Shown: piece by piece, positions 62,945 through 64,000 of the stretch
Numbering within the stretch: position 1 is the first letter of the stretch
Layout: the number at the start of each line of letters is the position of its first letter
Origin: a phage
Sequence record: PZ338877.1
Direction: 5' to 3' (one strand)
Length of the DNA: 64,000 nt
The notes under the pieces: model-generated
What the model was told of the DNA's origin: nothing
Databases searched by the model: none
What the model saw: the letters and a program-made list of their open reading frames with translations, nothing else
Made by a program: the position numbers and the translations under genes

Positions 62945-63159
62945 AAAAGCTAACTACAGTTGAAGATTACTACAGGCTGTCTCTATTAGAACAATACCGT
63001 AGAAGTCAGAATATCAGAAAATGCTATGGTAAACACGCTGAAGGTGACTTTTACCGTTGCTACGATGCAGATTTAAAAGGTGTAACACCTAGAGGGAAAG
63101 TCCTGCAAAGACTTGTTGACCTTGAGTGGAACAAACGATTGAGAGAGGTTGGAAAATGA
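62941..63159 (+). CDS. hypothetical protein
   Basis: 72 aa. Confidence 0.4.
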   Translation: MKKLTTVEDYYRLSLLEQYRRSQNIRKCYGKHAEGDFYRCYDADLKGVTPRGKVLQRLVDLEWNKRLREVGK

Positions 63160-63659
63160 TTTACGAAGAAAGATACAAGATAGATTATCAGGATACTCGT
63201 CATCATACTTCTTTGAGAGTAACCAAACCAAATGGAGATACCGGTATCATAGCACATTTTGGTGGTGATTATTGGTACGGTACAGGTTGCTTTGAAGGCT
63301 ACAATAAAGAATACTTGAAAGCTTTCTACAGAGACTTTACAAATGACTACAACAGGGTTGTTGATGAAAAGAATAAGTGCATTAAGCATGAACACCATGC
63401 CAGAGGTTGTTTAAGTACGGTAATGGTACTGGCATTTTTCCTAGCAACATTACTGGCAGTGTTAGCAATCAGTTCCATAGCTCAAGACTTAACCATTGCA
63501 CAGATTACTGCAAAGGTATATGATGTTTGGTACTTGTATGCTGTCCCTTTAGTTGGTATCATCATCGCACTAATGAGATTCAGAGTTCATAAGAAACGTC
63601 TTAAGGATTCTGAGGTTAAACTTGAAGAGGTAAGTAAAGAATGCAACCTACAATTATAG
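63156..63659 (+). CDS. membrane protein (two predicted TM helices)
   Basis: start at MIYEERY with GAGAGG RBS; C-terminal hydrophobic segments VMVLAFFLATLLAVLAISSIA and LYAVPLVGIIIALM. Confidence 0.45.
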   Translation: MIYEERYKIDYQDTRHHTSLRVTKPNGDTGIIAHFGGDYWYGTGCFEGYNKEYLKAFYRDFTNDYNRVVDEKNKCIKHEHHARGCLSTVMVLAFFLATLLAVLAISSIAQDLTIAQITAKVYDVWYLYAVPLVGIIIALMRFRVHKKRLKDSEVKLEEVSKECNLQL

Positions 63660-63735
63660 CTGTATGTGTTCGTTTTGCAATCGCTGAAATGATTAACAAG
63701 GCAATCTTAAAAGATGCCTATGGAGAAACTAAGTA

Positions 63736-63960
63736 ATGATTAAGACACCTGTACCAATTTTTGGATTTCCTTCTATTGAAGAGTTCAAAGTTTATCTTGA
63801 CAAAAACTTTTACAATGAGCAGCCTGTTACTCTACTGAAGAGTGACTTATCAGAGCTTCTTGATATGGTTATCAAGGCAACTTCTGAGAAGGAACCTGAA
63901 CAGAAAGCTGAGAAGAAGACTAGTAAGAAATCTGAAAAGAAGACTGAAAAGTCTGAGTAG
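63736..63960 (+). CDS. hypothetical protein with Lys/Glu-rich C-terminus
   Basis: 74 aa. Confidence 0.45.
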   Translation: MIKTPVPIFGFPSIEEFKVYLDKNFYNEQPVTLLKSDLSELLDMVIKATSEKEPEQKAEKKTSKKSEKKTEKSE

Positions 63961-64000
63961 TAGCTTGAGGGGTTACTTGATAGCCCCTTTGTAGAAACTT

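Overview
This 64 kb window looks like the core of a large virulent tailed-phage genome (no integrase or lysogeny genes seen). All calls are from reading the sequence and ORF track by eye; nothing was run. Layout: (1) 0.1-15.3 kb, minus-strand nucleotide-metabolism and replication genes: class III RNR NrdD, NrdH-like redoxin, class Ia RNR NrdB/NrdA, MazG-like protein, GIY-YIG nuclease, 5'-3' exonuclease, putative SSB, T7-type primase-helicase, dNMP kinase. (2) 15.5-26.1 kb, plus-strand genes: family A DNA polymerase, small proteins including a lipoprotein, ATP-dependent DNA ligase, a two-gene cassette flanked by paired G/T-rich repeat blocks and 39-bp palindromes, secreted protein, HTH regulator, DHFR, thymidylate synthase. 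(3) 26.2-49.8 kb, minus-strand structural module: terminase large subunit, portal, protease/scaffold, major capsid, neck proteins, sheath, tube, chaperones with a -1 frameshift site, tape measure, Mu/P2-like baseplate, two His-rich tail fibers. (4) 50.0-55.3 kb, minus-strand array of 27 tRNA genes covering all 20 amino acids, with two embedded ORFs, a tRNA-like pseudogene, a structured non-tRNA element and a repeated short motif. (5) 55.4-57.3 kb, a vWA-domain protein beside the tRNA array. (6) 57.5-64 kb, plus-strand genes including a tandem Ig-like-domain protein and a GH24 lysozyme. Most interesting for follow-up: the vWA protein plus tRNA-array ncRNA candidates, the repeat-flanked cassette at 20.8-22.6 kb, the atypical tRNAs, and a duplicated intergenic regulatory module.
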